DNA of 45,528 bases. It comes from Chromera velia. Taxonomy: Eukaryota. Below, piece by piece: positions 1 through 33,449 of this stretch; position 1 is the first letter of the stretch, and each line of letters starts with the position of its first letter. The notes under the pieces were generated by a model that searched no databases, was not told the DNA's origin, and saw nothing but the letters and a program-made list of their open reading frames with translations. Location of the stretch: the NCBI GenBank assembly GCA_018398765.1, contig JAHBMJ010000533.1, positions 1 to 45,528 on the forward strand. The letters run 5' to 3'. A program made the translations under genes and the position numbers.

Positions 1-164
1 GGTGCCTGCGGTGCCTGCTGCTGCTGGGCTTGTGCGAGTTGCTGGGTCAGTAGCTGCTGGGCCTGCTGGGCTGCAGCAAGATCTGCATCTCTCTGCTGCA
101 ACTGTGCCTGCAAGGCATCGATCTGTACCTGCAGGGCTGCTGGATCTGGAGGTCCGCCCGACAT
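1..164 (-). CDS. gag-like ORF, N-terminal part (partial)
   Basis: Frame is open from ~269 to the window edge: ...TRSGRRYLNPALPANAEEAEQQ-MSGGPPDPAALQVQIDALQAQLQQRDADLAAAQQAQQLLTQQLAQAQQQQAPQAP. First ATG is at 164. It lies directly after the PBS. Confidence 0.6.
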   Translation of the reverse strand, partial: MSGGPPDPAALQVQIDALQAQLQQRDADLAAAQQAQQLLTQQLAQAQQQQAPQA

Positions 165-276
165 CTGCTGCTCGGCTTCCTCCGCGTTTGCTGGAAGCGC
201 CGGGTTGAGGTATCTCCGGCCAGAGCGAGTGGCACCCGAAATGGCTGCAAGCAGACACCAATGAGGCCGTCAGAAA

Positions 277-294
277 GAAACTGCTCTGCTACCA
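277..294 (-). promoter_or_regulatory. Primer-binding site, complementary to an initiator tRNA-Met-type 3' end
   Basis: Minus strand reads TGGTAGCAGAGCAGTTTC, 3 nt after the LTR's CA. TGGTAGCAGAG matches the ...CUCUGCUACCA end of many eukaryotic tRNA-iMet. Confidence 0.8.
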
Positions 295-297
295 GTT

Positions 298-797
298 TGT
301 TGAGCATACGTAGGGCTAGCGTATAGGACCACGACTTCTACTTACGTGTATCTACGCAAAGGTCTGTTCGTCTGGTCGTTTATCTTTCAACTCCTTCTAG
401 ATCGAGAGATTTCAGGTTGGCTACTCAGAACAGATACGATCGGTCAGTCAGATGGCATGCGTGCACGCGTTGTGCATATAATACGGTATTCATCTGTATC
501 GGTCCACTTAAATGCATGTCACCTCTGTATTTGCTGTGTCCGTCTTTCTGACGTCTGTTCAGTCTCTGTGTTATTCTGTTGTGTGTGAACTCACTTCTGT
601 GGTATTTCTTTTTCCATGTATTCATGCATGCATTGCAAACTGCATGAGCGCTCTGCATGTGCGCGCGGTGCTTATTGCCTGACATCGCCTTGCGCTTTCT
701 TTATCGCTCGGCGTGCGTGCATAAATTCTTTCTGGTCCCGCCTCGCGCTTTCTTTATCGCTCGGCGTGCACGTATGAATTCTTTCTGGTCCCCAACA
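298..797 (-). repeat. 5' long terminal repeat (500 bp)
   Basis: Inverted termini TGTTG...CAACA. Internal ~53-bp tandem duplication at ~686-791 (cgcct(t/c)gcgctttctttatcgctcggcgtgc...aattctttctggtcc x2). Several TGCATG motifs. Confidence 0.8.
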
Positions 798-803
798 TAT
801 AGC

Positions 804-1048
804 CTAGGCGTATCACAGTAAAAAAAAATAAAAAACAAATTCTCGCTTATCTTTTTTTTCTTTTTTTTGACGATGTTAGCTCACAAACGACTGTTGTTTA
901 AGTGTTGCATAATTGTTGTTTTGGTGTTGTTAGGTGTTACATAATTGTTGCTCAGGTATGTTTAGGTGTTGCGCAAAAGAAAAAAATAATTTAAGCAAAT
1001 TCTGGTTTTTTTATTTTTATTTTTTTTTGCTAGCTGTGATACGCCTAG
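804..1048. mobile_element. MITE family A, copy 1 (~245 bp)
   Basis: Terminal inverted repeat CTAGGCGTATCACAG ... CTGTGATACGCCTAG (TA-type target likely). A/T-run subtermini and a TGTTG-rich core. Confidence 0.8.
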
Positions 1049-4000
1049 CCTATAGCGTCAGCCTAGGCCTGAACATATAGCAAGTAGTATTGGTTCAAAG
1101 TCAGTCCTAGAGTTGGTGCTTGTTACTAAATTATTGGTCAACTAGGGGCTAAGTCAGTAGTCATACTGTATAAATCAATATAGAATTCAACCTAATGTTC
1201 AACAATGAGTCTACAGTAAAATACACATGATTTTCAAGTACGGCTTTCTAACGCTCTGTGTATATATAAAAGAATTGCTGGAACGAATATACAGAGCCCG
1301 TCAAGACTATGAGCATCCTTTTAATAGCATCCTTCCAATTTTTCACCGGTGGTATCGTTCGTGACACCTCCTATTATTTCGTCAGATCCGTCCACATGAA
1401 GGTCAGTCAGTCGGTCAGAAAAACGAGTTATGTATCGATCGATCGACCAGGTTAAATTCTGAAAGGAAAAATGAGGCAAGGCCAATTAAGACGGCTGCTC
1501 GAATCGGAGAATTTCGACAAACACCATCAATTAATTCATCAGAACAGAAAATGAAATCAGCACCTGAAGCAACATTTTGTTCATCGCGTGTACACCGGCG
1601 AGGTTGGTTTCTTTCCACAAACGTACAGAAAAAGGAAAGGCAATCGGGGAATTTGCACGTCCCCTTTCTCTCAAACCGTCCAGCTGCATCACGGGAAGCA
1701 CCTCCTCCTTTCACCTGCGTTCCTCTCTTATTCCGTCTTTGCGTGCCAGACAGACGTACAAGCTGGAGTCTCCTCCTCCAATCCCTGTGGTCTTCTTGCC
1801 GGCACATTTTTTAGACAGAAGAAACTGAAATTCCGTCAGACTCGTTCTTCTTTTGCTTTTCCTTCTGTGCACTACAATGCATGCAAGCAGAATCACTTAG
1901 ATCGAGGCAGAAAATACGACCCATTTTCGACGTCTCACTCCCTGCGACTTTTGCAGGAAGATTTGGGAGAAAAAGTTGCACAGACTTACGTTCGCAAACA
2001 TTACATTAATTATCAAAAGAAGACAGAAAGACGGTCAAATGAATGAAGACAAAAAGGATCTCGATCTGCTTAAAAGGGGGGTAGTCGATTAAAATCCCAT
2101 CAGGAGGGAGGGAGCTGGGAGAAAAGAAGGGAGGGAGAAAGGTGGCGCCTGCCTGCTGTACGTTCTCTCCGCTTTTCTTCTTCATTCTTTCTTCCCTTCG
2201 CTTCTTCCCGAGAGAGACTCACTCCATCAACCAACCAATCAGCCGATAGATCAACCAATCTCTGCAACTATGATCGAGTGCCAGAGAGAGCGACAAAAAG
2301 AGACAGAGACAGAGAGACCAATCTCCCCCCCCCTCTTCTGCCGAATGAACCAACCGATCCATCCATCCATCCATCCATCAATCAAATCAGACAGAACTAG
2401 CTGCCTGCTCCCCCCTCCAAGCTCAGCTTGCCTTGCGTGATTCATGCTTCCGTCCTCACTTCCCGATCTCCCCCGATCATAGCTTAACAAGACGAGAATC
2501 GACGTGAGGCTTTCAAGGAAGCACGCAGTTCATGCAGGGGACAAGGTTGGAAGGAAAGGAGGGAACACACCCACCAGGATGGATTCAATTCCACGCAGTC
2601 TCCCCAAATTGCCTGAACGAAACGATAGTCTTCCTGTCTCGCAGACAGACAGACAAGGAAAGAAGGAAGAAATGAAGGAAGGAAAGAGAACCGAAGAATT
2701 GAAACAGACCAACACACGGATCCGGCCCACCTCAGCTGAGGCAGGCAAGAAGGGAGAAAGGAGGACTACGCATGGGTCACAGCTGCATGGGCTCTTCCTG
2801 ACATTTTCAATCAGGTGCGGTAAGGGAGGGCAGGTCGACACATTTGTTGATCATAAATTGAGACGGACGAAGGTACGTAGCGAGTGAGTGATGCAAGCCT
2901 ACGAAAGAGCATGTGCGAAACTGCATTGGCTACGCACGCACGCACGGATGCACGAAAGAAACACGCACACTGCAGACCCAGCTGGGGTTGGGTGGGGGGG
3001 GGCGGTGGAGTTACAAAATTGCCTTCTCACCCCTGCACGCGTATCCCTGCATGGGCCGAATGGAAGGGAATTGAGGAATATTTGTGTCGAAGGAGGTGCA
3101 TGAGGGGAAGTTACGTAAGAGAAGGGAAGTGAAGGGAGGGAAGGACAGTCTGGCTCCATCCACCTGTCCTCCTCCGCCAGGGACTTGCCAGCCCTGATTC
3201 CCTCCTTCCTTACAGCAATAAAATCTCTTTCGGTCATGCAGTGCATCGACCGTCGTTTCTGTTTTCTTTTTTCTTTGCCTTACGATGTTCATCCTTCCCT
3301 CCGACGTGCACGCCCTCTGCAGGGCAAAAGAGAGGGGTAGTAGGTCTTTGTTGATATGTGCGGAAGAGAAAGTGAACAGAAAGAGAGAACGAAGAAAGTG
3401 CACAAGTAAAGAAAGGGGGGGGAAAGGAAGGAAGGAGGAGGGGGTTGGGGCTCAGCAGGGTCACCAGCGGCCGACCGAAAACCGCCACCAGATTCGAGAG
3501 AGAAAGCTCGAACGAACATGGGGAGAGAAGGAGAGGAGAAGCACAAATGAGCAACGAGAAACGATCTCTCTCTCTCTCTCCATCCCCCTCTTCTCTTTTA
3601 TGCCCCCCCCGGCCACTCCGATCCTCTTTTGTTGATGTGGTAAAGCTCGTCAGTCAGTCAGTCAAATTAATTCGATGAATGCATGGATTGTACGAGTGTC
3701 TGTCTTCAATCGATTGTTTCAGAATGGCACTAACAGACCCACCACCCAGGGTCATCACCAAGTAGCCCCGGGTTGGTCTGGTCTGATTTGGTCCTGATTG
3801 CCTCATTCACCATCATTTTCTGCATGAAGTCTCTGGAAAAGAGAAAAGAGAAAATCAGAGGTACCACGTGCGTACACACCCTCGAATTGCACATCTCAAT
3901 TTCTTCGTCCCTCCATGCATCCATCCGCCTGACGAGAAGAAAATGAAACGAGACAATCAATCCCACCTCCGTCTCCCTATCCTTACATGACAACAACAAC

Positions 4001-4134
4001 AACAGAAAATTTCCCCCCCTCCCTTCAGACCATCCTCTCTCCTCATTCCTTCCCGTCTTCCTTCAGCATCTCCCCCAACTACACCCACTGACTGAGCCAA
4101 CCGATAGAACGTCCCTCCTTAATTCCCTCCAAGT

Positions 4135-6417
4135 TCAGCGAGCGATTGCAGTCGCCGCACCCGCACCTCCCCCTGTAGCCGCAATCACTCTCCCGTCTCC
4201 TCCTCTCCCCTCCTCACCCGCCTTCCCCTGCTCCTGCGTCTGTTTGCCACCTCCTCCATGGGCCTGCTGCATGCGGTCCAGCACTCTGTTGGGCCGGGGC
4301 CACCTTTCGGGCCACTGGACCTTGTAGTTGGACGATCTGTAGGTCCCGGGTTTGCCGCTCCGGAGATCATGACTGTCGTTGTACACCCGCTGCATCACCA
4401 ACAGATTCGGCAGCAGACGCAGAGACGATCCAGCCTCACCGCCTCCCACCACTTCGGCCGACAGAGGGGCGGGAGCGGACACAGCTGCGGCAGTGGGAGA
4501 GGCACTGAAAGGTTCGGGAGAGGAGGGGGGGCTGCGTGAGAGCACGGTTGAGTCCGTCTCTCCGTCTGCCCCGGCGAGGTTGGCCGCAGCCGCAGCGGCC
4601 CCTGACGCTGCGAGGGGCTCAGAGGCAGAACCAGGAGATGGAGGGGAGGAGACGGCAGCAGACTGCTGCACCGGGTCCTCTCTCCGCACTGCCCTCGAAA
4701 GCCACGCGGCGCCTCCCCTTCTCTGCCCTTGGGGTCCGCCGGCGGTTCCCTCTGCGCGCTCTTTCAGCTTTGCAGCGGCAGCAGAGGGCCCCCCTGCGGC
4801 TCTGACGTCTTCAACAAGAGAGCAGAAACGATTCGCGTCTCCAGAAGCAAACTCCAAAAGACACTGCAAACAGAAGAAACAGGGGAAAAGAAAAGGGAGG
4901 TCTGCGTGACTTATGACGAGACAGGAGAAAAGAGAAGCCAAATCGAAAAAAGGCCTGACCGAGACTTCAAAACTGTAAAGGGGGGAGGGGGGTGCGGATC
5001 ATACAGTGAAGGGGGCCGTTTTCCTGTTGGGAGTCGGGAGGAACTTTGGATTGTTGAGACCATGCAGGCGTCTTACAACCGCGACGCTGATCAGCCCGCT
5101 TGCTGACTCATTCACTCACTCACTCACTCATTCACTCACTTACTCCCATTCCCAAAAGGGTGCACAAAAGGCCAGGCCGGTTTTCCCAGCGGGATAGGCC
5201 TTTCGGTCCCCACACCCCATTGCACTAAAAAACCAACGAACCCAACCACCCCCAGACCCACCCACCTGATCGTAGAGGAACTGCTCCAGACTCATCTGAG
5301 GGGGGAACTCCGGGAAGACTTCAAGAAGCTGCATTATGGCAGAAGACGGCACATCAGTACATTCATTTTCACTCATGCATGCAGTGTGGTATGCCGTTTT
5401 TCACAGGAGAAGAAGGGGCGCTTGACGGATCTACTCTCGGCGCGATCGTCCAGTTGTTCCAAACACCCGACAACGGCACGCACGACCTGTCCATCTCCAT
5501 CTCTATGTCACAACCCATTTTCCTGCTTGAATATCTATCTGTCCTTCCTGTCTCGGCTGATTTCAAACCAGACTGACCGACAGGCTGAAGGACTAACCTG
5601 TCTGAGGACTTCAGGTCTCATCACAGAAGATCTCAGCGCTGCGGTTGCCTGCAGTCGAAAGAAAAAAACAAGAGAGAGAACAGTATGAAGCAACAAAAAA
5701 GAAAAAAGGGAAGCGGAAAAGCTTAGAATGACAGACTGTGGGATTTCGACGCCTTCCATTCTCGTATCAATCTCTTTGACTTCAGATGACTGCAACGAAC
5801 CGAAAGATCTAACTAGAGAATCTCACTATCTTTTCTGCCTGCGTGCTGGTCTGGCGGCAAAGCACGTCAGGAAAGACAGAAAGCAACAAAGGAAACAAGA
5901 AAGCAAGAAGAAGACAAAAGAATGAATTTCTCGACTGCATGCCCACCTGCGCAAAGAACATAGGGAAGGGGATGATGTTGAAGGGCAGGCCTATGAAGAA
6001 GAGCGAGTCGGGATGCTGTGCGTGCCAGAGATGCCCCGTGAGGCTCTCGAAGATGCTTCCCCCCGTCTCCTTGCCCTCCCAACGAGACTTGTGAGGGATC
6101 ACACGGTCCTCCCCTTCCACCCCCCTGCCCTCTGCCTGCTCCTTCTCTTGCTCGGCATCGAAAAACGGGTAGAAAAAGTAGTACCTGCATGCATGACAAA
6201 CAAACACCAACAGACCCATTGAAGGAAGGAAGCACCTATCAACAAACCAGAGAGAAGGACAAAAAGGGAAAAACACAAAACGAATTTCCCTTCTCGGCTC
6301 ATCAACTGATAGAACAGAAAGTGCTCTCGCTCGAATTCTGCTTCATCCAACATCGATCCAGAGACAAAGGACCAAGTTCCGTCTGCGCTGTGCTTCCTCC
6401 TCTCAAAAACTCAAAAC

Positions 6418-6448
<31 letters not shown>

Positions 6449-8131
6449 ACCCCCGAACTGCATCCCCCCAAAAGACCTCCACTACAACAAAGCCAGAGAG
6501 ACAAAGAGGGCACTCACCCAGTGGCCCAGATGACGCGGTCCACTTGGTGCACCACCTCTCTGTTCTCTGTGCCGTCCGGGGCCGTATACACAAACGTCGC
6601 GTTTCCTTCCTCGTCTACTTCCACCAGGTTACCTGCTTGGTGCACGTTTTCGGGGAGACCCGAGGGACGCTCCTTGCCTTGCGGGCCGAAACTCGGGTGA
6701 CTCCAGACAACCTTCTCGGCTGCTCGGGAGATCTCCCATGCAAGGTCTGTGCCACTCGCACGCGCACCCACCACCAACACACGCTCACCCTTGAAAACAT
6801 CGGGCTTGTCGTAGTCCTTCGAGTGCATGACTGGTCCGGTAAAGCGAAACTTTCCGGGGCCAAGGTCAGGGCAGTAGGGTTCGTTGTAGTGACCAGAAGC
6901 AACAACAACAACGTCGTAGATGTTCTCGGTGTCGCCATTGATCACCCATCCTCCTTCTGCCTTCCCTCCACTGCCAGCCTTTGCCTTCACCCGTCTGACC
7001 GACTGAGCAGGCGTGTTGAAGCGGATTTTCTGACCGAGCTGCTTCTTCTCGCAGAAGGTCTGCAGATACTTCAGTACTGCAGCATGAGGGGCAAAGGAAG
7101 GTGTGGTGTCCTCAAAATGGAACTCGTCAGGAAACTGCATGATCTCCTTTGGGATGTTCGTCCTGAGACTCCTGTACATGGGAGTGCTGTGGTCCCCTGC
7201 CTTCTCATGGTTCCACACACCTGCGGGGAGGGTCACACAGAAGGCAGAAGGGTTGGACGGACTTTTCTTCTTAGGTGGCAGTGGCAGTTGAGGACCCACA
7301 AGAGGGACAGGACAACAAAGAGAGAAGACCGAGAAGAAAGCTCGGAACGGGTGGGAGGGGACTTAAATTTCGAAAGAAGGAGCATACTTGAATGAGAGGA
7401 AAGGCGAAGAGAAGCGAGAAGGGAAAAGCGGTTCAGGAAAAGGCGTCAGAGAGAGCTGGACGGTGACTCTGTATTGCAAGCAGGCAGCTTCAACATGCAG
7501 CAGTGGACCTCCATAGGCGCCCTTGTTCGTCGACTGACCTCCAACTCTTCCGCTCTTCTCAAAGATGGTGACATCTGCTACTCCACTTTCGTCAAAGACG
7601 GCAGCTGAACAGAGTCCTGCAGCACCTGCACGTGACAAAGACGGCAGTGGAGAGAAAAAAGGAGACAAAAGTCAACCACTTCAGGACGTGAACTGTACCG
7701 TAGTGCTCCTTTCTCTGGGCCCATTCTTTCACGCACGAAATGTCTTTGGCAATCGGCTTTCCCTGCCTTCTTTCACCCCCATACCAAGCCGTCCTTCCTA
7801 TGTGGACACCTTCCCCTCGATCTAAGTGTCATACAGACCATATCTAGTGCATCTACGTACCAGCTCCTATGACGGCAACTTTCAGTTTCTGTCCTGATCG
7901 CACGGAGAGGAAATGACGAAGATCAGACTCCATACACATTCCAGGAAAGCCTCTGGACTGTCTGCTAAGCCTGGTGAGGAACTTTTCGGCTTGGGTACTG
8001 GAAGAAAGCGCTGTCGGCCTTTGGAGGTCCTGAGAGGTCCTGAGAGGGCGTAGCAGTTGGAAGCTTGTCGAAGGAAGCACAGAGCCGCAAATCGCGAGCA
8101 AGGCTGTGAGTGTCAGCTCAGAAAATCGCAT
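4135..8131 (-). CDS. Flavin-containing monooxygenase (FMO class B), ~713 aa, with signal peptide + transit-like leader
   Basis: Phase-consistent GT-AG exons: 8131-7861, 7625-7539, 7220-6518, 6184-5947, 5648-5598, 5328-5266, 4863-4135. Motifs: VAVIGAGAAGL (FAD Rossmann), FEKSGRVGGVW, MYRSLRTNIPKEIMQF, VASGHY, FTGPVMHSKDY (FxGxxxHxxxY FMO signature), VLVVGARASG (NADPH), WATGY, LFFIGLP. N-terminus MRFSELTLTALLAICGSVLPSTS-FQ. The 3' exon structure is less certain. Confidence 0.9.
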
Positions 8132-8908
8132 ACGTCGTCTCACACGAGATCGCTTTTGTGTCCATCCGGGGCTCAGAAGAGAGAGAAGGGACATGAAGGG
8201 ACCCTGCTGATGGCAATCGGCTGAAACTTCGGAGAAATTTTGCTGATTTGGTCAGTCTTTTGAGAGCGGATTGGACTTTAGTGCCCCACCAGCCGGTCGG
8301 AGCTCAGGAGCTGCTTGCGAGCGCCCCGGCCGGCCGGCATGCATGCAAAACTTTCCGGGATACGACATTTCGTGGGACGCGGACGCGGACCCGCGGCCCG
8401 GCCAACAACAATCCAAAATCTCGAAACTCGATCTTTGGCATCTTCACATCCGTCATCATCCACCTCAACAGAATACGTCCTTGAAGGCTGACCGGAAGAG
8501 TCAACAGCGAATTTTGTCAAAACCACTACAGATATATACTTCTGGGGAGTCGCTTGTGAGCTTGTTGGTGATCAGGTTTCCGTCCCGAAACAACACAACC
8601 TTGCGCATATCTTCAGCTACCTCTGTGCTCTTCTGTCTCCAGTCCGCGATCTTGACTGTCTGGATTTTCCGCACGCATTAGCCATGCGTGCACGGTTTCA
8701 TCGACAAGGGTGATATTCCCTTTTCGAGACTCCAGTTTGTTGAACGGAGAGAGGCCGAGGAAATACCCAAAAAAGTCGGAAACAAACAGAGACGCCTGAC
8801 AGTGTAGCTGACTTTGTGTGTGTCGACTGAACTGGAGGGAAACCATCACGCTTCCCTTTCCCTCTGCATTGCTACCGAATTCGCATATTTCCTCATTTGT
8901 CTATCACG
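8132..8908. promoter_or_regulatory. Bidirectional promoter/5'UTR region between the FMO and the TRP-like gene
   Basis: 777 bp between divergent ATGs. GC-rich core at ~8280-8405 with GCATGCATGCA (~8337-8347) and GGACGC repeats. Confidence 0.55.
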
Positions 8909-30386
<21,478 letters not shown>

Positions 30387-31232
30387 GGGAGTCAGTGGGG
30401 GGAATGGAACAAAGGGCAGCTAGGGATTAGTTTCGTGGAGGAAGGAGGGCACATAATTAAAGGGAGGCTGGGAGTGAATTGCTCACGCACACAATTTTGG
30501 GTTTCCACTGCAGCGGTGTGTGTGAGATGACTGCATGCGTTCTCCTCCCTAGCTTGTGGACCCTTTGGTTGCATGGTGTCATGTCGGTTAGCCTGTGGTT
30601 GGTGTCGTTCACTGATCTTGAGGTCATGAGGAGGAAACGTTAATTGGACGTGCAAAGGACAAAAGCGGACAGATTGCGCTGTTGACCAATGAATGGAGAA
30701 CGAAAGAGAAAAGGGAGAGCCAAGGCCTCTCATATATGCTTCCGGAGATCTAAGGAATGTGTACGTCTTCTGGGGCTAGTTCTGGGGCCGCAAAGGCGCC
30801 AAGAATGGCACCGCAGTGGGGCAAGGTCGATGCATCCGGGTGAATCAATGCCCCCTTTTTTTGTACTCTTGGTTACTCTTGATGATTTTTGAATGCACAC
30901 GTTTTTCACTCTTACAGTAGCTAATACGTTATTAGTAATTCGTAGAAAGTAAAATTAAAAATATATAAAAACATCGTGACTTCTGTAGTGAAATTATAGA
31001 TTTAAAATAGTTTATATAATACTAGCTCAAAGCTAGGACCCCGCTCAATCCTCGACCTGCTTCGACATGTTTTTGTCCCCCTTCATCTTTTTCGTGATCG
31101 TGAACGTTTTCCCATTCAAAAACGAAAAAAGGATTTTAATTAGGATTTTAAAAAAATATAAATTATAATAAATGTTTGAAGATAAATTTCTCGTCAACCA
31201 TGCCAGTGATGAGTTAGAAGGTAATATTGATG

Positions 31233-31470
31233 CTAGGCGTTGGTTAAAGAAAAAAAAAAAAAGAAAAAAGGTAAGCGGTCAGAAGAGATCTTTTTTTTTT
31301 CTTTCTTTTTTACTTTTCTACTCTAAACAACACTTAGCAACAGTTGTGCAACATATGAACAACACTTGTACAACACTTAAACAACAGTTGTTTGACTGAA
31401 GAAGAAAAAAAAAAAGAAAAAAAGTAACAGGTTTGGGGAGATCTTTTTTTCTTCTTTAGCCGACGCCTAG
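31233..31470. mobile_element. MITE family A, copy 2 (~238 bp), inverted relative to copy 1
   Basis: TIR CTAGGCGTTGGTTAAAGAA ... TTCTTTAGCCGACGCCTAG. The reverse complement of its core (caaacaactgttgtttaagtgttg) matches the 804-1048 core (caaacgactgttgtttaagtgttg). Confidence 0.8.
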
Positions 31471-31542
31471 TATTGATGATCACATGATGGTGCTTATAGT
31501 AGTTTATAGGACTAATATAAAACTGTAATCACCATCAGTATC

Positions 31543-31862
31543 TGATGTGTTTCATCGTGTTTCAGGCTAGCAGCCTACGTATAGGCTCACATGATGAATG
31601 GAGATGCATCAGCCATATTAAGTCCAAGGACTGTCAGATAGGGCTAGAAGAGAAAGGAGGTTTCAACCAGTGTGGATCGATTTGAGTAAAGAGCAAGCAG
31701 AAACAATAATTCTGCCGTTCCTAGTGACGTTCAGGATTGATCCGGCCGTGGCCCCCGCGCTCGCATATGCATGAGCAAGGTGTCTAGCCAGAGCATGCAT
31801 GCCGGAACCACTGTGTGGGATGATGTGGAATGCACCATACGACATCACAGTGGCACATAACA
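31543..31862. mobile_element. Probable solo LTR (320 bp)
   Basis: Starts TG, ends CA, flanked by the 5-bp direct repeat GTATC (31538-31542 and 31863-31867). It is a GC-richer, TGCATG-containing island in AT-rich DNA. Confidence 0.5.
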
Positions 31863-32009
31863 GTATCAATTTCTAACTCATCATAGTTCACAACTGAGTG
31901 ACAACTCATAAGAAATTGATCGATCTTTAATTGGATTCTTTATAAATTAAAGTTTTTATCATATATTTCAGCTAAAATTCAACCCTGAATCATCATCATC
32001 ATCATCATC

Positions 32010-32999
32010 CAGGGTTGTTTTTCTGGTCGGTAACAGGTCTAGTCTACCGGCAATTGCCAGTAACCGGTAATGGCCTCAGTCTGCCTTCTTTTTACCAACA
32101 AAAAAAATAATAAAAATGAGGGTCCCAAAAAAAAAATTTCGCCTACGGCGCCAACCTTCAAAAACATGCTTTTAAGTGTTTATTGGCATTTGAAAAGCCT
32201 ATTCACACACAAAAAAAATTAAAAAAAATATTAAAAAAATATAAAGTTTTAACTGCTTCACCCCTATAAGTGGTAAAAAGTTTTTTTTAACAGCTCTATG
32301 ACAGTATGTGTCCAACAACTACTTTTTTTTTTAACTTTGCTTCATCTCTCACTGTTCTGCTTCTCTGTACATCAGCCCTTGACTGTCGTTAGAGAGTGAT
32401 CAAAGTAAGAGACGGAAAAAGTCTACTTCTTTCTGAAAAATGAGGAGATGATAAGCCTGCGGCTCTGTACTTATGCAGCCCCTGCCCGGTTTGCTGAGGG
32501 GGGAGGAGCAAGAAGAACATTGCCTCCTCGAGCTCCCCCCGTAGTGCGGCTGGGTCTAGGGCTGGGTGGTCTCAGACGGAAAAAGGAAGGGGCGGATGCG
32601 GCTACTGCACCGCGGCTATAAAAAGAAGCCGGAGCGACCGGCGCCTGAGGGGACTGAACACTAGCAGAGACTGGGGCAGAGGGGGGGAGAACACAAATCA
32701 CGGCTCTTTTTGGAAAGTCTTCTTCTTCTACGCTGCATCTTCCTCTTTTCTTCCCTCTTCTCTCTAAAGGCGGCAGGTCTCTAGGCCTTTCTTCTCCCGC
32801 ATCCTCTTCTTGTACCTGCACCTCTTCCTCTACTCTGCCCCCCCCGTTTGCCTCGACATCGTCTCCTATAATCTAGGACTTAGGTTATTGAAAAGTGTTA
32901 GTGACTGTTAGAATTCTGCCAAGTCTTTGCCAACTGCTAGCAAACTCTGCCGATAATTACCGGTTATTGGTAATAAAGCTTGTCTAGCTACCACCCCTG
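32010..32999. mobile_element. Non-autonomous hAT-like element (990 bp) inserted in a (CAT)n microsatellite
   Basis: Termini CAGGGTTG...CACCCCTG. 8-bp flanking duplication TCATCATC (less diagnostic inside a microsatellite). Subterminal ACCGGT motifs at both ends, and aaaatttcgcctacggcgcc near 32130-32152. Confidence 0.7.
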
Positions 33000-33043
33000 T
33001 CATCATCATCATCATTATTATTAATCGGTCTATAGGCATCATC

Positions 33044-33449
33044 ACCCTGTAAAAATGAGTGAATTTATAAATTAATTTAAGTGAATTTAGATGAATTTAC
33101 GTGAATTTAAGCAGTGAATTTGAATGAATTTAGGTGAATTTCAGTGAATTTACAAGTGATTTTTGAGGTTAAATTCACTGTGAATTTAGATTTCTAAATT
33201 TAGTATTTTGAAATGAATTTAGAGCTTTTTACATAGAAATTAATCAATATAAATTCACTAAAATTCATTTCATAGAAAATTTAAAGCTAAATTCATCTAG
33301 AAATTTATTGATGAATTTATGCTCAAAATTCACTTATAATTTCACTTAAATTCACTTAAAGTCATCTAAATTCATGGATTAAATTCACGTAAATTTATCT
33401 AGATTCACTTAAATTCATTTGTAAATTCACTTATAAATTTTTGCAGGGT
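33044..33449. mobile_element. Foldback-type AT-rich MITE (~405 bp)
   Basis: TIR ACCCTGTAAAAAT ... ATTTTTGCAGGGT. The left half is an array of GTGAATTT and the right half an array of its complement AAATTCAC. Confidence 0.8.

Larger units (their letters stand above)
1..797 (-). mobile_element. LTR retrotransposon, 5' portion (5' LTR + PBS + start of gag), running off the left edge
   Basis: On the minus strand a 500-bp segment starts TGTTG (797) and ends CAACA (298). A 3-nt spacer, then TGGTAGCAGAGC, then a Gln/Ala-rich coiled-coil ORF follow. This is the canonical LTR-PBS-gag order. Superfamily cannot be called without pol. Confidence 0.85.

Noticed and set aside
6544..7395. 283-aa plus-strand ORF
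   Set aside because: Antisense shadow of the large FMO exon with no motifs of its own.
33050..33440. CRISPR-like or iteron-like repeat array
   Set aside because: 8-9-bp degenerate units with no unique spacers, inverted about the centre, in a eukaryotic context. A foldback MITE explains it.
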